DNA of 57,965 nt, the filler included, from Diploschistes diacapsis (Eukaryota), in the NCBI GenBank assembly GCA_023645945.1. It is 6 parts of 6 records of this genome, joined end to end, with 100 filler letters (N's around TTAATTAATTAA, not from the genome) between each part and the next. Parts side by side here need not be neighbours in the genome. Positions count along the whole stretch, not along the records: positions 19,386 to 28,968 come from JALAIB010001020.1; positions 29,069 to 38,639 come from JALAIB010001021.1; 4 more parts are not named here. The stretch is one strand, 5' to 3'. The position numbers and the translations under genes were made by a program. The stretch's first letter is position 1. Every line of letters begins with the position of its first letter. A model generated the notes under the pieces. That model made no database searches. It saw only the letters and a program-made list of their open reading frames with translations, and was not told the origin of the DNA. Shown here piece by piece: positions 22,614 through 34,690 of the stretch.

Positions 22614-24388
22614 ATGGACGCCAAGCAGACAAACTCCTGCAAGTACCGCAAGTCGATGGGATATGCTCCCCAGCGCTTAAATTCTCACCATTTATCAAGA
22701 ACACAATCAGGCTTGTCGGAGCCGGAGGTACGTCAGTCAACACCTCCAGACCATCCAAACATCACCCGAAGACATTCCTTGTCCATGCCATCAGATCAAA
22801 GCTGTCCCGTGGTTCTATCATTAAGACGGAAGCCGAATTTCACAATAAGATTCCCTGCTTTACGCATTTCTCCACCGGTATCCGCTATTAAGGGTGTGTC
22901 GCGGCAGCGCCTTTCTCCGGCAGCGTCCGCTACTGTGGGTACGTTGTCGCTGCTGCTGTTGCTGCTTGCGGCGCCAAGTTATTCTCCAAATTAGTCTAAT
23001 TCCAAACAGCGGACCTCGACGCCGTATGCATTGGTCCCATATCTCCCAGCCCAGAACCGAAACCTCTTCCTACCTTCATCCCCGCACCATTGACACCGCC
23101 CGACGAAATTGTCGACTCCTTCATTTCTCCAGAAGATTCAACCAGAGGGACGCTGTCGGTTACTCAGTCATCTTCTGACGTTTTACCATCAATGTCTGGA
23201 ATTTCATCTTCACTGGGGGCGTCTCAATCCTCGCAGCAGGAAGCATCAACACCAGCCATGGAAACACCCGCGTCCGTGTTTGATGAAGCGATCTCTAGTG
23301 CCAGTAAGCAGCAGAATTGGGAGTTTGACATGGTCGCTAACCTAACCACTGCAGTCATTGCGGTTGCCTCCTCGTCTGTCTCTCAGACGTCTCTGAAAAT
23401 AGTCTATCAAGCGCTTCCATGCCCAATTTCGGAATACCAGGGTGTTTCTGCTGCTACGGCTTACACGCCACTCATCGAAGCAATCCAAGAAGAAGCTGCT
23501 TTACCAGCACGTTACATACATGTCGTTCATGCTCTCCCGGAGAAATACCTGACAGACAGTCTACCTACGTCGCCTTTAGTCACGCCCAGCGTCACGAGTC
23601 GATCCAGCAGTCAGCAGGGCTATTTTGACTATCGGCCACGCCAGGTAATCAGCAATGCAGTCATCATGGTCGACCGTTACCAGCCTCGCACCGAGTCGTC
23701 CGCAAGTGTACCCATGTCGCCTGGACTTGCGCTTCCTCCCGAAGAAGCTTCAATCTCTCTTTACGAGCGGATCATTCCGCCGCGTACCAGTGATGAAGTG
23801 CTGGACTTCTTCGAGCCATCGGGTCGATCTCCGCTAATAGATCGAATTCGGGAGCTGGCGCCAAGCGGAACCCTTATTCTTATCCATCCCACTCAGGCAG
23901 GCGGCAGAGCGTTCGAGGCCAACTATCTCGGCCCGGTTCTTGAACCAGTTATCCGCAATATCCAGAATAAGTATAGCCTCCCTCATGCCATGTGCAGGTC
24001 ATTGGGATCAATGGGCGCAACTCGCTATCTGAGACCTTTCGAGGAAATGAGGACGAAGCTAAGAAGCATGTTGAACCACATGGACCGTGAGAAGTATGGC
24101 GACGCCGAAGCAAACTTCTCTATCCTACAAGCCTCGACTGCCAAAGTACAGGTGACGAGAAAGGTTTGGGAGAGGTGGTGGGTCCACCAGGAGAAACCCC
24201 GGATCGAGAAGGTGATGTCGGAATATTACGCAAGTGGACGGGGCTCGCCCAGCAGCAAAGTAACTGCCGCAACCGTTGCTCGAGAGCTCATTGAGAGCCT
24301 GGAGAAGCGCGGCTACAGAAACGATGAGCACAATGGCGAAGGGGATGGCATCGAGCTTGGACTCTTCGTCATCAAAAGGACAGCATAA
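22614..24388 (+). CDS. Hypothetical protein, unknown function (start uncertain)
   Basis: Intron 22939-23009 (GTACGT...CTAAT...CAG) joins the 22395-frame exon to the 432-aa ORF. Disordered N-terminus and globular-looking C-terminal part (SPLIDRIREL, LIHPTQAGG, YLGPVLEP, WWVHQEKPRI, GIELGLFVIKR). Confidence 0.8.
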
Positions 24389-24954
24389 GGAGCTTACCGG
24401 ATTTGTTATGGGGTTACATTTCTGCATCAGCGTTGGGGCATGGCAGGGCATTTGTTTCGGTCGTGGAGGATTCCGCAGATCTGCATAGCAAGCGTTTATC
24501 TCGTAGGGTTGCTTTCCTGTGTACTTTAGGAATGGTTACGATCGCAGGCTTGTTTTATGGAGGGCGCGTCTCAGGATGAGAAGGCAATCGATTAGGCATT
24601 GCGAATGGCAGGAATAGATAATGCTCATGGTCAGGACACTGGTTCTTTAGCAGTGGAATATGATTAGAGATCTTATGAGAAAGCAACAATACTTTCAGAC
24701 ATGAACATTTCACTATTCACTCTGATCTCTAAGGGAGCCAGCCTTTCCACAATTTTGTAAGTGCCTTTTCTTGTTCAAACTTCGACTTGGCACTCGAGCC
24801 CTGTGGGTTGTCCCTTGGAACTAAGCCGAAATAGGAGCGATAAGCGAAAATAGAAAAGAAGCTCTGCGATGTTCCTTCCCCCGAATTTTCATCAATTTCA
24901 AAGCAGCTCTTGCCCACCTTCGTTTCACCCGAGCCCATCGTGACTCCCTTCACG

Positions 24955-27265
24955 ATGCCTCTCTACATATTGACCGGTATGGAAAACCTCTTACATGCTC
25001 TAGACGCAATAATGACTTTGCTTACAGAGACGTCCGCGGGCTATGCGCTGCTCAAATCCAAAGGTAATTTTCTTGCAGCACAGCACCATTCAAACGTGAA
25101 TCGGGCAGGTTGCTTACGGTTGAGTAGACAAGAAGCTGCTTGGATCCGGCAAGCTTGGCCCAAATGCAGACCCGGAGGAAGTTTGTTCATTGTGAGCTCG
25201 CTTCGCCCTCCCGCGAATGATTCCTCGCTAACGGAGCCGTTCCAGGTTGAAGTTGAAGCAATTTCAAAAGTTCGATAGTGCTGCGATGGCCCTGGAAGAA
25301 GTAGCAGCCATAGTCGAGGGTAAAGTCACGCCGAGACTAGCCTCGCTTTTAGATATCATGAAAGATGAGGCGAAAGCTTCTTTGGCGGTTGCCGACCCGA
25401 AACTAGGTGCGCCGGACTCTTCACTGCTCCAGAGTCGCTTTGCTCGCTAATCTGTCGCAGCGAGCGCCATTAACAAGCTGCCCCAGCTATCCGTCATTCC
25501 CATCTCCGACGCCACAACCAACGACCTATACCGCTCGATCCGCGAGCACCTGCCCTCGCTAATCCCAGGCCTCATGCCCACTGATATCTCTACCATGTCG
25601 CTAGGTCTATCGCATTCGCTGTCCAGGCACAAGCTGAGATTCTCTCCCGACAAAGTCGACACCATGGTCGTGCAGGCCATTGCGCTGCTAGACGATTTAG
25701 ATAAGGAGCTCAACATATATGCTATGCGCGTCAAAGAGTGGTATGGGTGGCATTTCCCGGAGATGGCCAAAATAATCAACGATAATCTCGCATATGCGCG
25801 GGTCATTGTGCAAATGGGTATGAGGACGAACGCATCTTCAGCGGACCTTGCAGAGATATTGCCGGAGGAGATCGAAATTGCTGTCAAAGCAGCTGCGGAA
25901 GTGTCCATGGGTACAGAAATTACCACGGAGGATCTCGACAATATAAAAGCACTAGCGCAGCAAGTCGTTGACTTTACAGAATACCGACAGCAACTTTCGA
26001 GTTATCTATCTGCGCGCATGGCCGCGATTGCTCCCAATCTAACGGCCTTGGTGGGGGATCTTGTGGGGGCCAGATTGATAGCTCATGCTGGAAGTCTTAT
26101 GAATTTGGCAAAGTCGCCCGCAAGTACCATACAAATTCTTGGTGCAGAAAAGGCGCTGTTCAGAGCCTTGAAGACGAAGCATGACACGCCAAAGTACGGA
26201 TTGATATTCCACGCGTCACTTGTCGGACAAGCTACAGGAAGGAACAAAGCCAAGATTGCCAGAGTGCTCGCTGCAAAGGCTGCCCTTGGACTAAGGATCG
26301 ATGCTCTAGCCGACTGGGGGATTGAGGGAGAAGATCCTACACGCGAACCATCAGAAGAGAAAAAAGCCGAAATTGGCACAATGGCCCGCATCAAGATCGA
26401 GCGCAGGCTTGCAGAGTTGGAGGGAAAGCCCATAAGGTCGAAGGGTGTTGCGATTGGTCCCAACGGTGTTTCTACTCAGCCCGCGAAATGGGAGGTCAAA
26501 GAGGCGCGGAAATACAACCCAGATGCTGATGGTCTGGTGGGCACTGAACCTGCTGCAGCAGCTCCCCGGGCGTCGAAGAAGATTGAGGACATCACTTCCA
26601 GAGTGGAGCCAGAAGAACCGAATGACGTAGAAATGGGTAATGGAAACGAAGATGAAGACAAGAATGGGGATGGAGATAAGGACGGAGATGAAGAGCAGAG
26701 TGAAGAAGAGACGGACGCCACTGAGGATGAAGAGGAACAAGAAGAAACCGAGCCAACAACAATATCAAAAGACACAGAGCCAATTTCTCATGCAGCCGAA
26801 CCATCCTCTAACGGCATCCCGGAACTGGATCCCATGGATGTCGATTCCAAAGTGCCCAGCTCCGACAAAAAGCCCAAAAACCCCTACACCTCCACCGCCC
26901 CCATCGACGTCCCGGTCGAAACTTTGGCTAAACAGTGTGGCCTAAGCGTAACGCGGTACCACCGCAAACTAGCTCGTGGCGAGATCAGATTCGATGCGTC
27001 CGGCAAAGCTTCAGCGATCAGCAAGAAGGACATCAAGAAGGACCTCAAGAAGCAGAATGTAGATGAGCACAAGGCGGCAAAGATTGCTAAGAAGGAGGCG
27101 AAGAGGGAGAAGAAGGAGATCAAGGCCAAGAGGAAAGCAGAGAAGCAGACGAAAGTCCAGGCTGATGGGCAGGAGAGGAGGAAGAGGAAGAGGAAGAGGG
27201 AGGAGGCTGAGAGTGTGGGAGAGGAAGGGAAGAAAAAGAAGAAGCGGAGAGAGAAAGCGGAGTAA
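24955..27265 (+). CDS. NOP58: Nucleolar protein 58 (box C/D snoRNP)
   Basis: [18 protein letters not shown]-terminus over four short introns, [35 protein letters not shown], Nop domain [33 protein letters not shown]-rich tail. Confidence 0.97.
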
Positions 27266-27795
27266 GAGAGGGGAATCAAAGTGAAGGCGGTGGGGCGGAG
27301 TGGGTAGGGGACAATGAATGCAAGCAGGGGGCGAAGTAGGGTCCTTTTGAGGTGTACGGATAAGGGGGCGAACTATGCGGCATATGGGCTGGCGAGGTGC
27401 TGTAGATGTTTGAATTTTAGCATCGCTTGGCGCACGAGGCGTATGAGGTATAGCACGAGGAAATGGAAATGCCTGTCGAGCCTATCTGCATGTCAGATTC
27501 TAGATGTTTTAGCCTCTAGTCAACAGTTGAATGCTATGGGATCAACGACCTTGATTATCCAAATCTCCATTCAATGACAGTAGATACATGTGTAACATCC
27601 AAGGCCCAACTCCCACTGAGCTTTTCTTCCCTCGGTATGTTTCACCGCATCCCAAACACGGGCCCGCCCCTTCCACAAAAGCCAAACCCTGCCGGCCCAA
27701 AAAGTACCTACTTTGTAGTAGTAGTGACGACATCCCCTCCCCCATCCACCCTAGGTACCACCTACTAGCATGGTCCTCACCTCACCACAACGGGG

Positions 27796-28968
27796 ATGAC
27801 CACCCATGGTGCCTCAATCCCGGCTCGAAACCTAATCGACGTCGGCGATTTCGACGATTTCGACGACGATTTCTCTCCGGACGAGCTCGTAGCAATCGAC
27901 CGCCTCCTCGTGCAGGCAAACAGCGAGATCGCCTCGCCCGCGCTTGCGATCGCAGATGTGGACGACTATGAAGGCCAGCACCCGCAGAGCAGCAGCAGGG
28001 ATGTGCTGCCGCGGAGCTTTGTACAGCGGAGATGGGGCGGTGGGGAAGACGGGAGGGAGATGGCAGGGCCAAGGATGGAGGTTCAGTACGACGTGGGGGG
28101 TTGGGTGGAGGCGCAGGCAAGTGGTGAGTGGGAGTCTGTTTCATGGTGGATGCGCTGCTGTCGCGTGCAGGTGCTGGCGTTGTGCTATGCTATGCTATGC
28201 TATGCTATGCTATGCTATGCTATGCTATGCTATGCTATGCTATGCTGCCGTTCCACCTACTCTTAGACTACGCGTCATGTATAACAAGCGCCTTACCTGA
28301 CTGACCCCAAGCGTCTAGTTTCCGCGCCGAAAAGCGATGTGGTAGAGGACAAGCCCTTTGTCGCCGCCACCCTGACCAACCCGTCTGAGCTTTCTATGCC
28401 GTACAACGGCTCCGCGTCTGCGTCCACATCTCCTCCAGCACAACCTTACGGCATCTCCTTGAGGGGCGCCCTTTCCCCTGCCAACGGCCTCCTGTCTCCC
28501 TCGACGACGCTCGACGCCGAAGCTCGCTCCGACACCCGCAGTCCCCTCCAGCGCTTCCGCTCCCCGCCAAAGAAACTTCTGTCAGTGACTGACCTTATCT
28601 CGCCAGCTTGGTGCGAGCTGCAGTACTTTTACACCCTCTCCAAACACGGGCGCAAGCGTCCAACTGCCCAGATGAGAAGGGGCAGCGAGATACACCAGAA
28701 ACTAGAAGAGGAGATACAAGTCCGCGTCGAAGTCAAGACTACAACGAAAGAGGACGCGTGGGCTTTGAGGCTATGGAATCTAATCATGGGCCTCCGAATG
28801 CTGAGGGACGAAGGCCGGTGCAGGGAACTCGAAGTATGGGGCGTGGTAGACAGGGAAGTCGTCAGTGGCGTGATCGACAGCCTCGAGTTCCGGCGTATGT
28901 CCGAGAATCAAGAAGAAGGCAACAAAAAGGCGGGTCGGGCAGGAAGGGAAGAAGAGAAGGGATGGGAG
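27796..28968 (+). CDS. EXO5: Exonuclease V (Exo5/Dem1 family), 3'-truncated by contig end
   Basis: LSVTDLISPAWCELQYFYTL, M..GSEIHQKLEEE, EDAWALRLWN, RELEVWG, VSGVIDSL motifs. Intron at about 28124-28318 joins an acidic N-terminal exon in frame. Confidence 0.9.
28183..28246. repeat. (TGCTA)12 pentanucleotide microsatellite in the EXO5 intron
   Basis: 12 perfect units plus TGCT, seen directly. Confidence 0.97.
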
Positions 28969-29068
28969 NNNNNNNNNNNNNNNNNNNNNNNNNNNNNNNN
29001 NNNNNNNNNNNNTTAATTAATTAANNNNNNNNNNNNNNNNNNNNNNNNNNNNNNNNNNNNNNNNNNNN
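28969..29068. other. Artificial contig spacer
   Basis: N44-TTAATTAATTAA-N44. Confidence 0.98.
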
Positions 29069-29761
29069 GCCCCTGCCCACCCGATTGGCAACGCCAGCCA
29101 CGTCGTCAAGGCATTTTGTTGAGGTCGTGCACAAGGCTCATGGTCAATAGAGACAAGTCTACGGATAGGATGTCGTTGTGAAACGGACGGGGAACAGCCA
29201 AATCCGGCAGGCTGAGTAATCCAAGCGCTGGGAAGAGGCACTCCGCAGCACGAGCTCCCAGTTGCATCCATCATCTGATGGGCATACCGTATGGCTTTTG
29301 GATATACGCGTACCCATAGTCGACGGGGTAAGACCCCCCCCCCCTCTCCCCCCCAAACGGTTTGATAGGTGAGATTTGGTTTCATTGTTTCCCGCATTTC
29401 CCGCATGATGACACTTGACTAGTTTCTACAACGGGTGTAGGTGAGATTCGTCCTCCACAACTTGCCTCACATGAGCTTGGTAGTGTGTCATAAGATGGCC
29501 TTTAACTCTGGCTTGTGCCCTTCCTAATGCACGACGTCGACTAAGCACTACCAATCCTTCCTTGTTCTCGTTACCCTTCGATGCATTCACGGACCTGCTT
29601 CCCTTCTTGACGCCTGTGAGCCGGTGGTGACCGGGCTTTGTTTCTAAAGACACTTTGCCATTAGACCTATATCTGTGAGAAGCCCAGCATGGAATCAAAT
29701 ACCGTTCGTCCGTTCCCTAGAGACTTTCTGATTCAAGTATACCGTCGAAGTGGTCGAAGTT

Positions 29762-30997
29762 ATGAAGTGCGCTCGCTATTCTGTGCTCTTGGCCCTATGC
29801 CTTAGCGTAAATGTTGCATCTGCACAGTCAAATTACACTTCATACGCTGAAAGCGCTTTCCAAACGCTACAAGAATTTTTTAATAATACTTCTGGTTTAT
29901 GGGACACCTGCGGATGGTGGAACGGTGCTAACTGCATGACGGTGATTGCAGACCTCGCCGCCGTTGATTCGAGTATATTGGCTTCTGCCACCAGTGTCTT
30001 CGCATCAACTTATACTCGCGCGCCTCCCCAGAACCCATCCGACGAGCTTTATAAGGTTTCCTACCCCGGCATAGTCCGCACATTTTACGAAAAGGCGCCT
30101 TTTACCAGCGTCAATCCCGGCCAAAATGCTTCGGCTAGGGACAATAACCCCCACAGCCTAGACAACCTCGCTCCCCGGGCTCCAGCAGGCGGTAACCCCT
30201 CCGGCTTCCTCGACTCCTGCTACGATGACAATTCCTGGTGGGCTCTTGCCTGGATTGCCGCCTACGATCTGACCAACAACACCGATTACCTCGACACCTC
30301 GATTGGTATCTTCGGCAACCTCACCGCCGCCTGGCCTACCAACTGCAGCAACGGCGGTATACCCTGGTGTGTGACATCTACATACATCAACGCCATTGCG
30401 AACGAGCTCTTTCTCTCTGTAGCAGCGCATCTCGCCAACCGCGACACCGCCAACAGCGCAACGTACATCTCCTGGGCACAGCAGGAATGGGACTGGTTCA
30501 ACGCGGTGCACATGATCAACTCCGAAGGCACCATCAACGACGGTCTCGGCTCGAATTGCGTCGGCGACACCTCGGCGACAGTGTGGAGCTACAACCAAGG
30601 CGTCGTCCTGGGCGGGCTCGTCGAGCTGAACAGGGCCTCGCCCAACAGCTCCTACATCGACGCCGCCAACGCCATCGCCCAGGCCGCCATCGCCAACCTC
30701 ACCGACGCCAACCACATCCTGCACGACGTCTGCGAGGCCACCGACACCTGCGCGCCCGACGGCACGCAGTTCAAAGGCATTTTCGTCCGCAACCTGGCGG
30801 CGCTGCAGGCCGTCAGCCCGAACGACGAGTACGTGCAGGTCATCCAGGCGAATGCGGACAGCATCTGGAATAATGATCGCGATGCCTCGAACAATAGCTT
30901 GAGCGTGGACTGGGCGGGGCCGTTTGTGAGCCCGGTGAATGCGAGCACACACTCGAGTGCGATGGATGCGCTGGTGGCTGCTATTGCTGTTAGTTAG
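29762..30997 (+). CDS. Secreted glycoside hydrolase family 76 (alpha-1,6-mannanase-like)
   Basis: Signal peptide, GWWNGAN, YDDNSWWALAWI catalytic DD pair, GGIPW, NAIANELF, INDGL, WSYNQGV, QFKGIFVRNL. Intronless, no GPI tail. Confidence 0.93.
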   Translation: MKCARYSVLLALCLSVNVASAQSNYTSYAESAFQTLQEFFNNTSGLWDTCGWWNGANCMTVIADLAAVDSSILASATSVFASTYTRAPPQNPSDELYKVSYPGIVRTFYEKAPFTSVNPGQNASARDNNPHSLDNLAPRAPAGGNPSGFLDSCYDDNSWWALAWIAAYDLTNNTDYLDTSIGIFGNLTAAWPTNCSNGGIPWCVTSTYINAIANELFLSVAAHLANRDTANSATYISWAQQEWDWFNAVHMINSEGTINDGLGSNCVGDTSATVWSYNQGVVLGGLVELNRASPNSSYIDAANAIAQAAIANLTDANHILHDVCEATDTCAPDGTQFKGIFVRNLAALQAVSPNDEYVQVIQANADSIWNNDRDASNNSLSVDWAGPFVSPVNASTHSSAMDALVAAIAVS

Positions 30998-31761
30998 TTG
31001 GGAAAGGGGAGGCGGATAGATGCTTCTGAAGAATGAGGTGAGGATTTTCAATGGACGCTATTCCCTATCGCATGTGGGCTTGATTTCCGTTTTTACTTTT
31101 GTAAGTAGAATTGCAAGCTTAAGGAGTCAGAAGTCAAGAAGCAGATTCGCGGAACTACTCCCTTAGCCCGCGCGATGCCATATCGCACCGAGCTCTTTTG
31201 AATGAAGTTGGAGCCGGTAAAAACAGCCATCGACTATCAGTTATTGAGGAAGTGCAATGGACCTCTTGAACTCCCCTCGCGCCTAAACTGCTATTTCGAG
31301 TGATAATGGAAGAAGCTAAACTTGGCAATCGGCAACGGCGCAACCATTTTCCCGCGCTAACGGATTTTGAACAACGCCCAATCAATAGTTTTTGGTTTCC
31401 TTGACGTCTTGTTTGATCTCCATCCAGCGCAATCTTCCTCACCATAGTAAAATGGATTGCTGGGAAAGCGATGTTATGTAGCAACTTAGATCGAGAGGCT
31501 GCAATGAAGCAAGTCTAACAAGACTCCAATAGCATTCAGAGGATACCAAAAGTCTTTGAAGGCAAAGGCCACCATCGGTGGTGTAAGACAGCCCCTTACA
31601 GGCCGAGTCGCTCGCACTAGCTTCATAGCAACCAATAATAGTCTAGTCGTTGCGGCTGTACTGCGCACTCATTTGATACTCTACAATCGCTTCGTCTCTC
31701 CGCTCCCCAGCATTCCTTCAGTCTGTTCAACAAGCCGCACGTGAGATGCCGAGGGACAACA

Positions 31762-33078
31762 ATGCCACTAACGCGCTCCATCTCCCCGCCACCTCTCAAG
31801 CGCCAGCATCTCTCCTCCTCCTCCTCCGCCATCGCCAAAAACACAGCGATTAACGCCACCACTCCTCGTCCACCTCCTCTCGCTCTCTCTCTCCCGTCTC
31901 GGCCCATCACCCCTCTCAGCCCGGACCAAAACCATATCCGCATCTTCTCCTGGAACGTCAACGGCATCCAGCCCTTCCTCCAGAAATCGATAACGTCCTA
32001 TTTCGCCACTAATTCAGCCGCCAACAGTAAGCGACAGCAACAGCGTACCCCATCCCCCGACAGCCAAGCCATCGCGAAGGAGGAAGAGGTGAAAGCAGCC
32101 GGCTCGCCCTCGCCCTCGCTCCCGCCCTCGCTCCGAGCGTGCCTTAAGCGCTGGAAATTCCCGCATATAGTCTGTTTGCAGGAGGTCAAGATTGCGCCGG
32201 GCGACAAGCGGACGATGGCCGGGGTTCGGGCAGCTGTGAGGGCTCCTGTTGCTCCGGGCGAGCACAGAGGCGCGGAAGGAGAGGGGCAGAGGGAGCCGGG
32301 ATATGCGGCCTTCTTTGAGCTGCCGAGGGATAGGTTTAATGCGCGGGGCTTTGGCGGAAAGGTATATGGGGTTTGTATGCTTGTTAGGGAGGATCTCCTT
32401 GAGGGCCAGAACGGTACTCAAGCAACGAGTCCGGGAGAGAGGGGCGAGGAGGGAGGTCAAGACATTGGGCGCGTTTGCGGCGTAGAGTGGGATCTGGAAG
32501 GGCGGGTCCAGAGGCTGGAGTTGTTAGAGGCAATGGTTGTAGTGTTTGGCGTGTATGCGGTGAATGGGACGGAGAATTCGTATAGGGATCCGAAGACCGG
32601 GATGGTGGTGGGGACGAGACATGATCGGAAAAGGGTGTTTCATTCGAAGTTGAGGGATGAGGTGTTGGTGTACGAGAAGAATGGGTGGAGCGTGGTTGTA
32701 GCAGGAGATCTTAATATTGCAAGATCGCCACTGGATGGATTTCCGGGCATAAGGCTGGCACCATCTCATGTGGTCAATAGACAGGATTTTGACGGAAATT
32801 TTATGAGGATGCCGGAGAATGGTGGGCTGGGAATGCTGGACGCCTTTCGTCAACTGAATGGCGATGAGCGGAAGTATTCGTACCGATCCCGTGGCATACC
32901 TTGGGGCAGCTCCTGCGATCGGGTTGATCTAATTCTGATATCGAGCAAAGCTCAAGGGGCTCTCATGGAAGCCGATATTTTGGACGACGAGGTTGAAAGA
33001 GGCCCAAGTGACCATGTACCTTTGTACATCACACTCAACCTCGAACGGCTTGAGCTGGGTACAACATCGAAAATTTAA
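31762..33078 (+). CDS. Endonuclease/exonuclease/phosphatase (ExoIII/APE-like) protein
   Basis: FSWNVNGI, VCLQEVK, EGRV, VYAVNG, AGDLNIA, DAFRQL, RVDLIL and GPSDHVP motifs. Intronless. Confidence 0.9.
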   Translation: MPLTRSISPPPLKRQHLSSSSSAIAKNTAINATTPRPPPLALSLPSRPITPLSPDQNHIRIFSWNVNGIQPFLQKSITSYFATNSAANSKRQQQRTPSPDSQAIAKEEEVKAAGSPSPSLPPSLRACLKRWKFPHIVCLQEVKIAPGDKRTMAGVRAAVRAPVAPGEHRGAEGEGQREPGYAAFFELPRDRFNARGFGGKVYGVCMLVREDLLEGQNGTQATSPGERGEEGGQDIGRVCGVEWDLEGRVQRLELLEAMVVVFGVYAVNGTENSYRDPKTGMVVGTRHDRKRVFHSKLRDEVLVYEKNGWSVVVAGDLNIARSPLDGFPGIRLAPSHVVNRQDFDGNFMRMPENGGLGMLDAFRQLNGDERKYSYRSRGIPWGSSCDRVDLILISSKAQGALMEADILDDEVERGPSDHVPLYITLNLERLELGTTSKI

Positions 33079-33104
33079 ACGCACGGTGCTGGAGGGCCTG
33101 TCCT

Positions 33105-34690
33105 TCAGCCTCTTCTTTCTTTTCGTGCAGCACTCTCTCTAGCACTGCGTTTGCGACCAAGCTTGGTCTCCTGAGTATCCATCCTCTGATCAGGCTTCTC
33201 ATTCAGAAGCTTCTTTGGCCAATTTTTCGCAATGTCAATGTTTGCTCGAGGAGCCCATAGCTCCAAAAACACAAAGAGCAGATAGTCCACGACGACGCAT
33301 AAGCAGAACAGCTTACCAGCCCAAATGCCGCAGCCATAGTAGCGCTTTAGCCGGTCGATCAATGCAAAACTTTGAATACCTGCACGTCCACGAGAAGCTG
33401 ACCAGCCACCAGTAAATTCATTGCCGAAGAAATAAAACTCTTCTTCAGAGATGGCGCCGGTGATACCGTCATAGACTCGCTCAGTCCGCTGTGCAACATT
33501 TGTCCAGGAGTACATTGCCCTGACCTGATCATGGAAGCGTTCCGGGTGAACCTTGCCCTTGCGCAGAGACGAAATAGCCCTCATGGTTGCTGCGACCAAA
33601 TCATCCTCCTCGGGCTTGGCAAACTCCGTCATCTCTGAGGGTAGCACCTCAGGAATGCCTCCCACTTGCGTGCAAACCACATACAGCCCGCAGCTTGCGG
33701 CTTCCACGATCACCGTCCCAAAAGCTTCCGTCAAACTAGGATGTAGATAGATGTGGCCGCGCACCATCACATCTCGAACTTCTTCGTGCCTGACGGGCCC
33801 AAGAAGCTCCACGCGATCTTGAAGCACTCTCCTTTCGAGCATTTGCTCGAGGTCAATGGCGTTTGGTCCGGAGCCTGCAATAACGAATCGAACATTTGGG
33901 TCGCTAGCTAGGATACGGGGAATGGCTGCGATGAGAAGGTCCGTTCCTTTATTGTAAAACAGTCGGGACACCACTACAATGGTGATGGTGTCGTTAGGAC
34001 CGAGACGGCGCGAGGTAGCATGGGAGCGTGAGACGCAAGGGGTCTTCTTGTTCGGTGAGGTGAGATTGCAGTCGTATGAGAGTGGCCGGAAATTTTCCGC
34101 TACCACTGCATTCGGTATGACCGACACCATGAAAGGATCCAATGAAGCACGCAACACTGTATTTTCTTTGCTATAGTCGATTAATGCGGTGTCTCCTAAA
34201 TAGGTGTTTTGAGTTACCAGGTATGACTGACGCAGATAACATGATCTACATCGCTCAATGTAAACTTCAGCAGCTTGTTCGCCAATATACTTGTCGCATC
34301 CGCGAACCCGAACAAGGAGTGATCCGTGAAGACAGTGCGCAGGCCCATTGTCCGCGCATGTAGTATGGCCTCGTGACATAGACTGCTCAAGCTTGCGTGT
34401 CCGTGAACAATCTCGATCTGCTCCCTGATGATGATATTGCGGAAGATAGGGAAGAAAGAGAAGACAGTCGGCATGGTACACTCGCGGTATATAACAAGAA
34501 AAGGTACATGATATACTTTCAGACCGTTGGTGAGATACCTCACGCCTGTTCTGTCTTCGTATGCATGAGTGATAATTACCACTTTGTGCCCTCTATCGAT
34601 CAATTTGGTCGATAGCTGGTAGATGTGACTTTCCACTCCCCCGGGCTGCGGGAAGAAGAAGTCGCTGACCATTGCAATGTTATACGGCAT
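33105..34690 (-). CDS. SPT14: Phosphatidylinositol N-acetylglucosaminyltransferase catalytic subunit (PIG-A/Gpi3)
   Basis: [61 protein letters not shown]-terminal TM. Intron 34171-34217. Confidence 0.97.

Noticed and set aside
24977..25460. snoRNAs hosted in NOP58 introns
   Set aside because: The introns are only about 50-65 nt and lack paired C (RTGATGA) and D (CTGA) boxes.
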